Positions 25,089 to 36,156 of a DNA stretch of 64,000 nt are shown here, in pieces. The DNA is from Neophaeotheca triangularis (lineage: Eukaryota): NCBI GenBank assembly GCA_054600435.1, contig BAAIJX010000016.1, positions 1 to 64,000 of the forward strand, read 5' to 3'. The notes beneath the pieces were generated by a model that made no database searches, was not told the DNA's origin, and saw only the letters and a program-made list of their open reading frames with translations. Every line of letters begins with the position of its first letter. The first letter of the stretch is position 1. The position numbers and the translations under genes are program-made.

Positions 25089-28000
25089 ATGACACTGCTC
25101 TCTGAAATCGTGGGGCGTGCATCTTCTCAAATTCCCTTTACGCTGAAGACACTCCTTCTCGATGCCGCTCAGAAGCACAGCAATGCCGTAGCAGTAGCCT
25201 CGCTTCACCAATCAGCAACACTACTGCCCACCATCAGTACCGGCGACGGATCTTCGCACCACTTGAGGTGGACCTACCACGAGCTGTTACAAGGCGCCGG
25301 GCTGCTGGCAGCGGCCCTTCAACAGCAAGGCTTACAAAGGGGAGATGCAGTCGCCATCTTTTTGCCCAACAGCGGAGAATGGGCTCTCCTTTTCTGGACC
25401 GCGGTCCTGTCAGGCTTGAGACTAGTTATTGTGCAACCAAGAGTTGCGGCTAATCCGGACGAACTACGACACACCTTAGAATTGTCGAAACCGAGTGCAC
25501 TGATAGCATCGGATCTTGAGCTATGCGAACAGCTCCGACAGTCTGCGAATGAAGACGTCGAAAAGATCCCAGTGAAGGTGGTGTCCGATAATGAGACACC
25601 TTTGGGCTGGTTCAGTCTCAATTCATTGCTTGAATGCGATACTTCCACTACGAACACTGGTCTCGAAGACCAGGATGCAGATCTAGACGACACCGCCGTC
25701 GTCTTGTTTACAAGCGGTACTACGGGGCTCTCCAAAGGTGCCGCGCACACTCACCGATCACTTGCCGCGATGTTCGCCAACCATGTGGAGAACCTGGGAT
25801 TGGACGAAAGGTCGACCTCCGCAAGCCATCTCACGATCACGCACTGCTTTGGCATGGTGTATTCGGGCAGCTTCTGGCTTGCCGGGGGCAAAGTCGTCTA
25901 CCCTGCTGCATCGTTTAATGCCGACGCCACCCTTAGAGCAGTAGAGCTCGAAGGCTGCACACATATGCCGGCAGTGCCATCACTACTGCACGGACTGGTG
26001 GATTCCTTGCAACTTGAGAGTTCGAAGCTCGAAACGCTCCGTCACGTCGAATTCAGCGGTGCCATGATCACACCTGAGGTCTTCGAAAGTGCGAGGGAGA
26101 AACTAGGGGCTTCTATCGTGTCCGCTCATTACGGCCTCACAGAATGCGGTCCGACTATTGTTTGGAAACATGATTGTGTTCCTCTGTCATTTCCAGATGG
26201 TCAAGTCAGTGCTGGATTTCCCGTCTCGGATGCCACAATACGGATATGTGCGCCAGAAACGACTTCTCCGCTGGCCCGTGGCGAAGCGGGCGAAATACAC
26301 TTGGGGGGCCCACAGATAGTGCGCAGCTATCTTGGTGGTGCAAGCCCGCAGACTTTCTACCATGACCGCTTTGGACATTGGATGCGGACGGGTGACCAAG
26401 GCAAGATGTTGTCTGGCGGCGAGCTTCTGGTCAGCGGACGCTACAAGGACATCATCATACGAGGTGGCGAAAACATCTCTCCGGCTCAAATCGAAGCTGT
26501 TGTCAACGTGCGTAAAGGCGTCTTTGTGCAGATTGTCGGGGCACCGGATGCGATCATGGGTGAGGTGCCTGTCGCAGTAGTACAAGGAGCTGTCGCCGAG
26601 GATGATTTCGATTTCGTCAAATTGTTGCCGGCTGCAGTGCTGAAGAGTCTCGGACCGAAATTCGCTCTTGACGAGGTCGTCACTATCAACGACTTGGGTC
26701 TGGAACAGATGCCTATGACCGTCTCCGGGAAGATAAAGAAGCATGAGCTGGCTGCCGCTGTACAAAAGTACCGAGTCAAGGCCGACTCAATGTTCGACTC
26801 TTCCTCTGATGGCGGCTCCTCTCGAGAGCGCTCACACTCGCCAGAGTCGGAAATCTCAGTACTAAATCTCGTGCGTGATGTTTGGGCACGCATCCTCGGT
26901 GTCGATGTCGCCAGTCTGACGGCAGGAACCTCTATCGCCAACCTAGCGGACAGCCTGACCATGATGCAAGCCCGACAGCTCTTTCGCAAGAGGTTGGGAG
27001 CCGACTTGAGCATGCCGCAACTGCTCGGAAGCCCTACCATCGCCGAACAGGCCGCACTTTTAAGTCACATCAGAGACAAGAAGGTCCCGGAAGCGAGTCG
27101 TGTGGAGTCGAGACAAGGACCACCAATGGTCCAAGACATTGTGGAAGCCTGTGGCGACGAGTTACGTGCGCAAGCGATACGAGCACAAGCATCCCCTTTT
27201 CTGGCAATGTACGGGCTTGATTGGGAGCGTGATGCCGAAGATGTCATACCGATGAATGACGTTCTGTCGAGTATGCTAGTATCACGGAGGCGCCTCAAGT
27301 CATCCCTTCGCCGCGACGCTTTCTGGGTACCTGGCACTAGTGTGGAAAACATGGCTTCGGTTTTGCAGCGCGCCCTCGACCTGCATCCTGTTATGCGCAG
27401 CATGTGGTTTCCGAGCTCTGCAACGTCCATCTCACAGCTTGTGGTGCGTCCGACCGAGCTAAGCATGCCTGTTTTCATCGACAGGGAAAGGCACACAGTG
27501 GAAAAGGCTGAGGATCTCTCGACTGTCTGGCTGGGCGATCAGCAAAGAGATACGTGTGGCGCGCAAAAAGGACCAGGACCCATGTTCCGTGCTGCAGTAT
27601 TCGAGATCACCGATCAACCTGGTTCGGCGGGCTTCGTATACTGGACTCACCATTCCTGTTTCGACGCCACCTCTCTCTCCTATTTTATCGAAACTATTGA
27701 AGATCTGCTTGATGGCAAACTCGAAACGCCTCGGACAAGCTACAAGCTCTGGGCTGATACCTATTTCTCCGGACGTAACGGACATTTCGCTCAAGCGGGA
27801 GCAAAGTATCTTGCAGATAAGTTTGAAGGCTTCGCATCCTGCAAACGCTCAATCGTACCGCGGCCAAGGGCGCCATGCTTTTTCGAGGGCGACGATAGTG
27901 GTTGGATAGACCCAAACACAAACAGACCTGGTGATCCCACACTACGTACCCCTTTAGAGTCCAACGGCATGGCCATTGGCAACGCCGGCCTCACCCACCT

Positions 28001-28709
28001 CCTCAGCTTGCCCGGCCTCACCCAGCTCCGCGAATCCCACGGCATAGCCGCGCACATCGTGCTCAAAGCAGCCCTAGCCCTCGCCAACACGACCTGGACC
28101 TCAACCAACACCGCCTACTTTCGCTCCCTGCAATCCGGCCGCCAATGGCCCTTCCTCCCCACAGCCGTCAGCGCCCACCTCCCCAGCGCCGTCGACGTCG
28201 CCGGCCCAACTCTCCAAACGACCGCCAACCTCATCCACCTCACCGACCCCGCGGAAACTCTCGGCAGCTTCCTGCGACGCCTCGCAACCGACCAAGCCCT
28301 CACAACCCAATACGAGTGCACACCCTTAAGTTCCGCCCTAGCACTCACAACCCCAGCCGACCGCGCCGCACTCCTCGACGTCGGGCTCTGCCAGCTCTTC
28401 AACTGGCTGCCCAGCCGTCGACACTTGGATTTCAAGAAATTGCAGCAAGTCCAAAACGAGATGAACGCCGACACGGGCTTGCATTGGGATTTCTCTAGTC
28501 GCGATACCCAGAACGTGGAGCTTTTCGTGCGGTGGGATGGGTGTCATTTGCGCCGTGCGGAGGTTGAGGGCATGGTCGCGGATGTTGAGGCGGCTGCGGC
28601 ATGGGTTTCGGAAGTGGGGAATTGGGAGAGTTTGCTGGGTGGGAGGCCGAGGGGGACTGGGTATCGAGTATGGTCGGGGCCGGAGTTCTTGGTTTGGCCG
28701 AATTCGTGA
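25089..28709 (+). CDS. Stand-alone NRPS-like enzyme: adenylation (acyl/aryl-CoA-ligase type), thiolation, condensation (A-T-C)
   Basis: Intronless ORF of about 1206 aa. A-domain motifs FTSGTTGLSKG, YGLTECGP, MRTGDQG, GRYKDIIIRGGENISP, PMTVSGKIKK; carrier domain VWARILG...LADSLTMMQ...PTIAEQA; C-domain THHSCFDATS. Confidence 0.88.
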   Translation: MTLLSEIVGRASSQIPFTLKTLLLDAAQKHSNAVAVASLHQSATLLPTISTGDGSSHHLRWTYHELLQGAGLLAAALQQQGLQRGDAVAIFLPNSGEWALLFWTAVLSGLRLVIVQPRVAANPDELRHTLELSKPSALIASDLELCEQLRQSANEDVEKIPVKVVSDNETPLGWFSLNSLLECDTSTTNTGLEDQDADLDDTAVVLFTSGTTGLSKGAAHTHRSLAAMFANHVENLGLDERSTSASHLTITHCFGMVYSGSFWLAGGKVVYPAASFNADATLRAVELEGCTHMPAVPSLLHGLVDSLQLESSKLETLRHVEFSGAMITPEVFESAREKLGASIVSAHYGLTECGPTIVWKHDCVPLSFPDGQVSAGFPVSDATIRICAPETTSPLARGEAGEIHLGGPQIVRSYLGGASPQTFYHDRFGHWMRTGDQGKMLSGGELLVSGRYKDIIIRGGENISPAQIEAVVNVRKGVFVQIVGAPDAIMGEVPVAVVQGAVAEDDFDFVKLLPAAVLKSLGPKFALDEVVTINDLGLEQMPMTVSGKIKKHELAAAVQKYRVKADSMFDSSSDGGSSRERSHSPESEISVLNLVRDVWARILGVDVASLTAGTSIANLADSLTMMQARQLFRKRLGADLSMPQLLGSPTIAEQAALLSHIRDKKVPEASRVESRQGPPMVQDIVEACGDELRAQAIRAQASPFLAMYGLDWERDAEDVIPMNDVLSSMLVSRRRLKSSLRRDAFWVPGTSVENMASVLQRALDLHPVMRSMWFPSSATSISQLVVRPTELSMPVFIDRERHTVEKAEDLSTVWLGDQQRDTCGAQKGPGPMFRAAVFEITDQPGSAGFVYWTHHSCFDATSLSYFIETIEDLLDGKLETPRTSYKLWADTYFSGRNGHFAQAGAKYLADKFEGFASCKRSIVPRPRAPCFFEGDDSGWIDPNTNRPGDPTLRTPLESNGMAIGNAGLTHLLSLPGLTQLRESHGIAAHIVLKAALALANTTWTSTNTAYFRSLQSGRQWPFLPTAVSAHLPSAVDVAGPTLQTTANLIHLTDPAETLGSFLRRLATDQALTTQYECTPLSSALALTTPADRAALLDVGLCQLFNWLPSRRHLDFKKLQQVQNEMNADTGLHWDFSSRDTQNVELFVRWDGCHLRRAEVEGMVADVEAAAAWVSEVGNWESLLGGRPRGTGYRVWSGPEFLVWPNS

Positions 28710-29404
28710 GGGGGTGGTTTTGTCTTCTCCGTGTTTGCATGCTCGGTGGCTGGCATGGTTCTCTCGGGGGATTGAGGTAGTGAGGAGGCTATTGGTACCC
28801 AGCTGGGAGCAGTGCTCCTGAATGAACAATTATAGATATGTGGCACAGGGACCCTTTTGGAATGATAACGGATTCGTTGTTGATCTATATGTGCACCTGG
28901 CGTATGCTATGGCTGTGATCCAACCCACTGTCATCTGGTCGCAAAAGGCCGCAAGGGAAGCAGACTGCCTCCGCTGCTCAGGTTGCGATTGTGGCCAGAA
29001 CCCTTCACGTAGTAAGCTAGCGTATAATCTAGCGGGCAACTGGTGCCAGGGGTGGAGATCTCTCTGGAAAGTTCAGCTGCAGCATGTTATCCCGGTGCCT
29101 TGTGTGGGTGTAAACTTACTAATTGGCTGGCGGCTATAAGCGTTGGACCGGCAATACAAGAGAGATACAAAACGAGAAGACGTTGATACTTGCCGCGATT
29201 GGTCACAATTGATTGTTCATTGAGCTACCTCTTGCCATTATGGCGCGGCGGTCTGCCATCCCGAACGCCACGCTGTTGGTGCTGTCTCATGCTCATGCCG
29301 CTTAGAACCCCCCTTAACGCCTCGCTATGCGCGCCCTAGCGCCTGCCATGCAGCCAGGGAGGTGCTCCACCCCCCTTCACTCGGACTCGCGGTCGACGGT
29401 GGCC

Positions 29405-31303
29405 TCATCCTAGGAAACCAACACCTCTCCCGACGAGCCAGACGCTGAACTTGACTCTCTGGAAAGAGTCGCAGGGCGTCGTCCCGAAGGCCTGCTCGAC
29501 GAGCTCACGCATCTCCCGAGCGGGTCTGCCATCCTCAACGAATTTAGTGAATGAGTCTTCGCTGGGGACGAGATGGAGTGGGGACGGTTTACCTTTGTCG
29601 ATGCGCTTGATAATGAGCTTGAAGATTACCGGGTTAGTAGGAGTGGATGGTTGCTCGGTGGTCTGGGTCTTGTCCTCGGCTGTATTCGCTTCATGATCGT
29701 TTTCCGTGTCGCCGTTGCTCGATTTGTCGGAATCGTTGGAGTCTTTGCCGTCCTCGGTGGACTTCTTCGCTGGGAGACCAAGGACCCATGATCCAATAGT
29801 CTGCATCCAGGTCATTGGCACCTCGGTCTTCGTGTCCTGATCGGCCATGGTCTCATCGGCAGCTTCCGTGTACTCAATCATCTCCTTCACTTCGCCACGA
29901 CGGAACGCCGTGAGCCACAGACTGGATAGAACGGCAGGAACAAGATAAAGCAGAGCCGGTTGGGCGTGCCCTGAGATGCTCATGGCAGCAAGGGTGACGA
30001 TCATGCCAACGATGTAGCCGATCATGGAAGCGGTAAAGTAGGGTTTTGGGAAAGCGGATGCGGCAAGCTGATCATGAAGAGGACCCCAGGCAGTCTGCCG
30101 GAAAGTGTTGCCACGGGTCCAGTACCAGTTACTCCAGCGACCACGGGGGGATATGTATTCGGCCTTGTCCATCTTGTCTTCAAGCTTCTTGGTCTTCGCG
30201 TTGACTTGTCCATCGACAATGCGGGTCTGCTTCCTGAGGTAGAATAGGTAGAGATCGAAGCGTAAAGCCATACCTATCACCATACCCGGAAGTACAACAT
30301 CTCCCAGACCCAGCATACTGTAGACGGCTTGGCCAGGTTTGTTCGGATCTTCTGGTCGAGGGAAGACTAGCTTGATTGGTTGATCAAGGTCCTTTGCCAC
30401 AGACTCCATGAGTGGTGTGAAGAAGACAGCCCAGATATCGTAGAAGAACAGGCCAGTCAGGATGAGAGATGCAGTTGTGAAAGACGTCGGAGAAATGATC
30501 TGAAGGGCGCCGTAGCAGACCGCAAAGCCTTGAATGTTCGTGATCCACCAGATTTGGCCGGCAAAGTGCGCAATCAGGATGACAACGAGGCCGACTAAGA
30601 TGGAGAACAAGTTGACGAGGGTGAACTTGATGGTATGATCGATGTCGAGTCCAGTTGCCTTCAGTAGATAGGATTGGTTAAGCATCTCACGAAGGGCCCA
30701 GCAGCGTTCGTTTGCGGAAGGGCCGATGTCGATCGAGCCGTATTTTCCAGGCAATGGGGAGTGTCTAGTAGGAGCATCTGGCTTGTCGATTCGGGCTTGG
30801 CCATCGAATCGCTTCTCCCTGACGTTCGCTTTCCACAGGTTGCCAGCACTCGTGTACCAATCAGGGAAGATGAAGCTGGTAAGCAGGCAGAGACCGTCGT
30901 TGACGAGTTTGCCGACGGCGGCAACGCCAACGAGAGAAAAGTAGTAGCCGACGATCTTGTTGATGAGTTCTTTGCCGAACGTCTTCATCAGCCAGAATAA
31001 GAAAGCAAGGGTGCAGCCCGCGATGATTGGGAACATGATGGCGTCGCCCTTGGTCATGCCCTCCATCTGCTGATAGCCTTCCTCGTCTTCATCGCTGTCG
31101 TCGTCATCGTCGCGCTTTTTCTTCGCCTGCTTGTCGGGCTTCGCAGCGGAAGATGGGCGTGACAGAGCTGCATGGGCACCGGTGAAGATTGGGAAAAGAG
31201 CGGAGACGACGAGGTGAGCGTACATGGGGAAGAACGGCTTGGCCTTCTCGAAGTGGGTGGCGACAGCTTGGAGCATGTCTGTTGGTGGCGGTAGAGTCGC
31301 CAT
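29405..31303 (-). CDS. Signal peptide peptidase (peptidase A22B)
   Basis: Catalytic LFFYDIWAVF and MLGLGDVVLPG motifs, QPALLYLVP, and multiple TM segments. Confidence 0.93.
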   Translation of the reverse strand: MATLPPPTDMLQAVATHFEKAKPFFPMYAHLVVSALFPIFTGAHAALSRPSSAAKPDKQAKKKRDDDDDSDEDEEGYQQMEGMTKGDAIMFPIIAGCTLAFLFWLMKTFGKELINKIVGYYFSLVGVAAVGKLVNDGLCLLTSFIFPDWYTSAGNLWKANVREKRFDGQARIDKPDAPTRHSPLPGKYGSIDIGPSANERCWALREMLNQSYLLKATGLDIDHTIKFTLVNLFSILVGLVVILIAHFAGQIWWITNIQGFAVCYGALQIISPTSFTTASLILTGLFFYDIWAVFFTPLMESVAKDLDQPIKLVFPRPEDPNKPGQAVYSMLGLGDVVLPGMVIGMALRFDLYLFYLRKQTRIVDGQVNAKTKKLEDKMDKAEYISPRGRWSNWYWTRGNTFRQTAWGPLHDQLAASAFPKPYFTASMIGYIVGMIVTLAAMSISGHAQPALLYLVPAVLSSLWLTAFRRGEVKEMIEYTEAADETMADQDTKTEVPMTWMQTIGSWVLGLPAKKSTEDGKDSNDSDKSSNGDTENDHEANTAEDKTQTTEQPSTPTNPVIFKLIIKRIDKGKPSPLHLVPSEDSFTKFVEDGRPAREMRELVEQAFGTTPCDSFQRVKFSVWLVGRGVGFLG

Positions 31304-32261
31304 TGCTGGTGATTGATGTCGCGGTCAGGGAGGGTGGAGTATGCGTGCTGCTTGGGAGAGGGAGAGAGAGAGAGAGGAAGAAGGAGCGGCAACCAAGTTG
31401 GAGAGAGATGTTATGCCATAGCTTCAGGCCACAGGTGAGGTTTGAAGTGAGGAATCGAGGTGAAGTGAGGAAAAGTAGCACGTGAGATTTTCAGGCGTGC
31501 AGTGAATTGAAGTGAAGTGAAGATGGCAAGTAGAAGGGCACATGAAGAGACGGGAGCGATAAGATTAGGATAACTTAAGGTGCAGCCTAGGCTGTATGCA
31601 CAAATACCTTATTAAATAAGGTATCCGGAAGTGCCGCCCACGTGGCTGGCCTTGGCAAGTCCATGTCAAGTTGAATGCCTTAGGTTTGTCACCTTTGATG
31701 GACGTAGGTAGTCAAAAACTCCCCAACAACCCCGGGAGTAGCCAAAACTCATCATCAGGTGAGAGTCGTTTGAGATGTAGGTTAGGTGAGGTAGGTACCA
31801 CTAGGTAGTCGAAAGTACAAGATACCTACTAACGTTAGTTACTACTGTACCTCCTATCGATACCTTACGCATGCATGCAGCCCTGTCGGCGACAGCTTCC
31901 GATACACACCCACCTCGGCGGACCATGGCATCGTCGATCGTGAACCTCCAAGTCCGACCTTGGAACAACACCAAAAGCAACCATCTTCTTAGCCTTATCA
32001 ACAAGCTATCGCTTCTGCAAAAACGAACAAGAGCTGGCTGCTAGTCATCAGTCGCTTGCACCTAGCACTCCTCCTCGCGATCTCGTCAAAAGTGATCGCG
32101 CTCCAATGGTCTTCCAATTTTCCCCTTTGCGTATGATGCAATAGGGATCAAGGTGCACACTCTCAGACACTTGGTCTTGTTTTATATTTATTCAAACACC
32201 CTCGCCTGTAGCCTATCTCGGGCCAACGTTCTCTTTGAATTCCCTCGTCCCTTCATACAGT

Positions 32262-33740
32262 ATGGGCATGTCAGCGTCCGAAATCATTACGCCCTTGCTG
32301 GGAGCTCTTCAAGCTTCCCTCTCGGTGCTGCTGACAATCTACGTCGGAGTCTTGATCGCGCAGTTCCAGCTGCTGGACAGCGATGCCGCGAAGAAGGTCT
32401 CGAGAACCTCCGTCAGGGTGTTTTTGCCCTTTCTGCTCATCACAAAGGTCGGCAATCAGCTTGATCTAGAGACCGGGAGCCGTTACATACCCATCATAGG
32501 TAGGTAACACGAATACACCGACTAGACTCTTGACACAACTGACCATCTATGTGCAGTTTGGGCCTTGACGTACAATCTCTTTTCGATCCTTGTAGGCGTA
32601 CTGGCCACTAGGTTCTTCAAGCTACCCTCTTGGGTGACACCCGCTCTTGCTTTCAACAATACTACTTCCCTTCCACTCCTCCTTGTTGGATCGCTTGATG
32701 CGACGGGGATCCTCGACGCGTTGTTGATCGATTCGAGCGACACCACCAAGGATGCGATAGCTCGTGCCGAGAGCTACTTCCTGATCAATGCCATGATCTC
32801 CAACACCCTCACTTTCAGTCTGGGGCCCCGTTTGCTACAACCTCACGAAGACGACGCGCCGGAGAGTTGGGATAAGAAGCAGCAAGAGAATGAAGGAGGT
32901 GAAGAGGTTAACTCTCACATACACCCCGGTGGCCGCGGATACCCCTTCGCACAATGGAACGCAGGCGGTGGGGAGAACGGTAACTCGGGCGAAGCGCAAT
33001 CCCACGAAGAGGCGGAGGCGCAGTCGCGTGGGCAAACTTTGCAAGAGTTTGTGGACGAGGAAACATCTCTTCTCCCCAGAACCATGATTCGGCGGGCGCA
33101 AAGCGCTGAAAACGATGCAGAAGAAAAAGGGGAGTGGTTCTGGTCCAAACTTCCAGGATGGGCCCAGACGGTGCTGGAAATACTCTACGCTTTCGTCAAC
33201 CCTCCCCTCATCGGTGCATCCCTTGGCGCGCTCATCGGACTCGTACCCGCGCTTCACACGCTCTTCTTCTCCGAGACAAACGAAGGCGGCTACTTCAACG
33301 CCTGGCTTACAAAACCTATGTCGAATGTCGGCTCCCTCTTCGCGACCTTGCAGATCATCGTGGTGGGCGTGAAGCTCTCCCAGTCATTGCGGAAACTCAA
33401 AAAGGGCGAAAAGAGCGGCAAAGTGCCTTGGGCAAGCATGGGCTTCATTACGGCCCTGCGCTTCTTTGTTTGGCCTCTGATCAGTATCCCCGTCATCTGG
33501 CTGCTAGCTACTCGCACCAGCCTCCTTAGCGCGGATCCTGTTTTGTGGTTTGCAATGATGCTCATGCCTACTGGGCCGCCCGCCATGGTTCTGGTCAGTC
33601 TGGCAGACGTCACGGGTAGCGATGATGAGGAGAAGATGGCGATTGCGAAGTTTTTGACAATCAGCTACAGCATTACGCCGCTGATCTGCTTCGGTGTGGT
33701 GGGGGCTTTGAAGGCTAGTCAGGCTGCTATTGCGCAGTAG
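32262..33740 (+). CDS. Auxin efflux carrier (AEC/Mem_trans) family transporter (1 intron, about 32500-32556)
   Basis: LGALQASLSVLLTI, VRVFLPFLL, FNNTTSLPLLL, NPPLIGA and MLMPTGPPAM; two TM bundles separated by a hydrophilic loop. Confidence 0.85.
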
Positions 33741-34229
33741 GACGGTTGTGTATACCTATTTTCGGTGGTCAAACTAGCCAATATTCTATACCTTTCTGTA
33801 GTGCATACCATTTCAACAGTGGCTGGCTTAGGGTCAGAGTTTGTGCTTGTGAGTATATTTTCGAGCATGTCAACAGCAAGTTTCCCAATGGCCCATAACT
33901 GCAATGTGGTTGACAACTCGGTGTACACTGCTTTCGGGCTATGTGCATGTTCTTAGTGATGGTTGGTCACGCTGTCGTGAGTCTACAACTTACGAGGAGT
34001 TAGGTACATTAAGGTAAGGTAGTAGTCGAGTTTAGTACCTATAGGTTTCCAGCACGTGTAGGGGCGCTCAGTGACGCAGCTCGGCTTCGTCTCTCATTTG
34101 CATGCCCGCGTTACGTCTACCTAGGTAATCTTCCAACTCTCTACAATCCTCACAACCGCGCGTGTTAGGTTCATACGACGGTCGGGATATGAAAGCGACA
34201 TTTAGATAGAGTTCCCTACCACGATCGCA

Positions 34230-35975
34230 ATGGCTGGCCCACTTCCCTCGGAACGGCTCCTAGCAGGCCTCTGCCGTACCTCGACATGCGCATTCGCAGC
34301 TTCGAAACAGCTCCGGACGAGGACCACGCGCATACGACCCTTCAGCACCACCCAGCGTCGACCCCGTTCACACCACCGTAAGGAATCGTTCAGTTCACGG
34401 TTACGCTCCGCCCTCGCCGCAACACCGATCCGATGGCGACCCATCCCAGTCGCACTGGGTGTGACTTTCCTCGGAGCCTTCCAGTTCTATCGCATCCAAA
34501 GTCGAGAACAGCATAGCGAGGAATGGAGACAGAGACGGAATGATGGCAGTGATCCAGAAGAGGAAGAAGGCCCCAGAGGCAAACCTAAGAAGCGAGAGCG
34601 TATCAGGCCTTCAGGGCCATGGACTGTGCAGATCATGTCTACGCTGCCTTTGAAGGCGCTGAGTAGGCTGTGGGGACGTTTCAACGAACTCACAATACCC
34701 TACTACCTGCGTGTACCGGGGTTCAAGCTGTATGGCTGGGTGTTTGGCGTCAAGTTTGACGAGATTGCCGAAGAAGACTTGCACAACTTTCGCAATTTGG
34801 CCGAGTTCTTTTACCGTACGCTTAAGCCGGGTGTCAGGCCGCTGGACCCTACACCACACGCACTATTGAGTCCGGCAGACGGCAAAGTGGTGCAATTCGG
34901 TGTCATTCAAGATGGCGAAGTTGAACAAGTCAAGGGCGTGACATATAGCTTGGACTCTCTACTTGGCGGAGACCACAAGTCGACTGAAAGTAACATTTCG
35001 ACGTCGTCTGGGAGTACCCAACCCAGCGCCGACCGTCACAGGCATGGCGATGAGGAGGAGATACGCGCCGATGAAGAATTCGCTCGCGTCAACGGCATCT
35101 CTTACACCCTCCCTAGCCTCTTCTCCGGCAGCGAAGCCTCTACACCTTACAAAAAGAACTGGCGAGGCAAGGAGAGAACTAAACCGGAATACAGGCATCG
35201 CGAAGGCGGTCTCGATCCAGCCAAGGACCCAGTCGCAGCCTCTCTCGAGTCTCTCGACCAGTCCACCACCCCACGCGCTAGCTCCGAGCGAGAAGTAGCA
35301 GAGGACCTGGCATACAACGAGCGTCATTGGTGGGAGCCCGCCGAGAGCGAAGTCAGCCCCAGAGCCCTCTACTACTGCGTCGTCTACCTGGCGCCCGGCG
35401 ACTACCATCGCTTCCACAGCCCCGTCAGCTGGGTCGTGAACTCCCGCCGCCACTTCGCTGGCGAGCTCTACAGCGTATCTCCCTACCTCGTGCGCACTCT
35501 GCCCGGACTCTTCACTCTCAACGAACGCGTCGTCCTGCTCGGGAAATGGCGCTATGGCTTCTTCTCATACACACCCGTCGGTGCCACCAACGTCGGCTCC
35601 ATTGTCATCAACTTCGATCGCGAGCTCCGCACCAACAGCTTGACCACCGACACCGCTGCCGACCACGCGGCGGAAAAGGCCAAAGAGAAGGGCGAAGCGT
35701 ACTCGGGGTATGCCGAGGCAAATTACGGTTCAGCGTCTCCCGTGCTGGGAGGTCACGCGCTGAAGAGAGGCGAGGAGATGGGAGGGTTCCAGCTGGGTAG
35801 CACTATTGTTATGGTTTTTGAAGCGCCCAAGGGGAGGCGGCCGAGTTTCGATGAGGGATGGACGGGGAGGACGGACGAGGAGGGCAGGAAAGGCGGGTGG
35901 AGGTGGTGTATTGAGAAGGGTATGAAGGTGCAGGTTGGACAGCGGTTGGGGTATGCTGAGGACCCTGAGGATTGA
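34230..35975 (+). CDS. PSD1: Mitochondrial phosphatidylserine decarboxylase proenzyme 1
   Basis: Arg-rich presequence, LPLKALSRLWG, FFYRTLKPGVRP, SPADG, YLAPGDYHRFHSP, VGATNVGSI and the autocleavage motif FQLGSTIV. Confidence 0.95.
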   Translation: MAGPLPSERLLAGLCRTSTCAFAASKQLRTRTTRIRPFSTTQRRPRSHHRKESFSSRLRSALAATPIRWRPIPVALGVTFLGAFQFYRIQSREQHSEEWRQRRNDGSDPEEEEGPRGKPKKRERIRPSGPWTVQIMSTLPLKALSRLWGRFNELTIPYYLRVPGFKLYGWVFGVKFDEIAEEDLHNFRNLAEFFYRTLKPGVRPLDPTPHALLSPADGKVVQFGVIQDGEVEQVKGVTYSLDSLLGGDHKSTESNISTSSGSTQPSADRHRHGDEEEIRADEEFARVNGISYTLPSLFSGSEASTPYKKNWRGKERTKPEYRHREGGLDPAKDPVAASLESLDQSTTPRASSEREVAEDLAYNERHWWEPAESEVSPRALYYCVVYLAPGDYHRFHSPVSWVVNSRRHFAGELYSVSPYLVRTLPGLFTLNERVVLLGKWRYGFFSYTPVGATNVGSIVINFDRELRTNSLTTDTAADHAAEKAKEKGEAYSGYAEANYGSASPVLGGHALKRGEEMGGFQLGSTIVMVFEAPKGRRPSFDEGWTGRTDEEGRKGGWRWCIEKGMKVQVGQRLGYAEDPED

Positions 35976-36156
35976 GGACATAGTGTTTGTTTGAAAAGCG
36001 TGGTCGTGCAGGATGTTTGGAGAGGGGTCGGCAAAGCGTTCAACACTGCGTTCAACACACTGCGGATACCCCTGGTTTGGTTGCATTTGCATTGGAGCGT
36101 TAGGAGCTGCTAGTTGTTTCTGTATCTACGTTCTGCTCTGAGTATTGCTCTTCATC

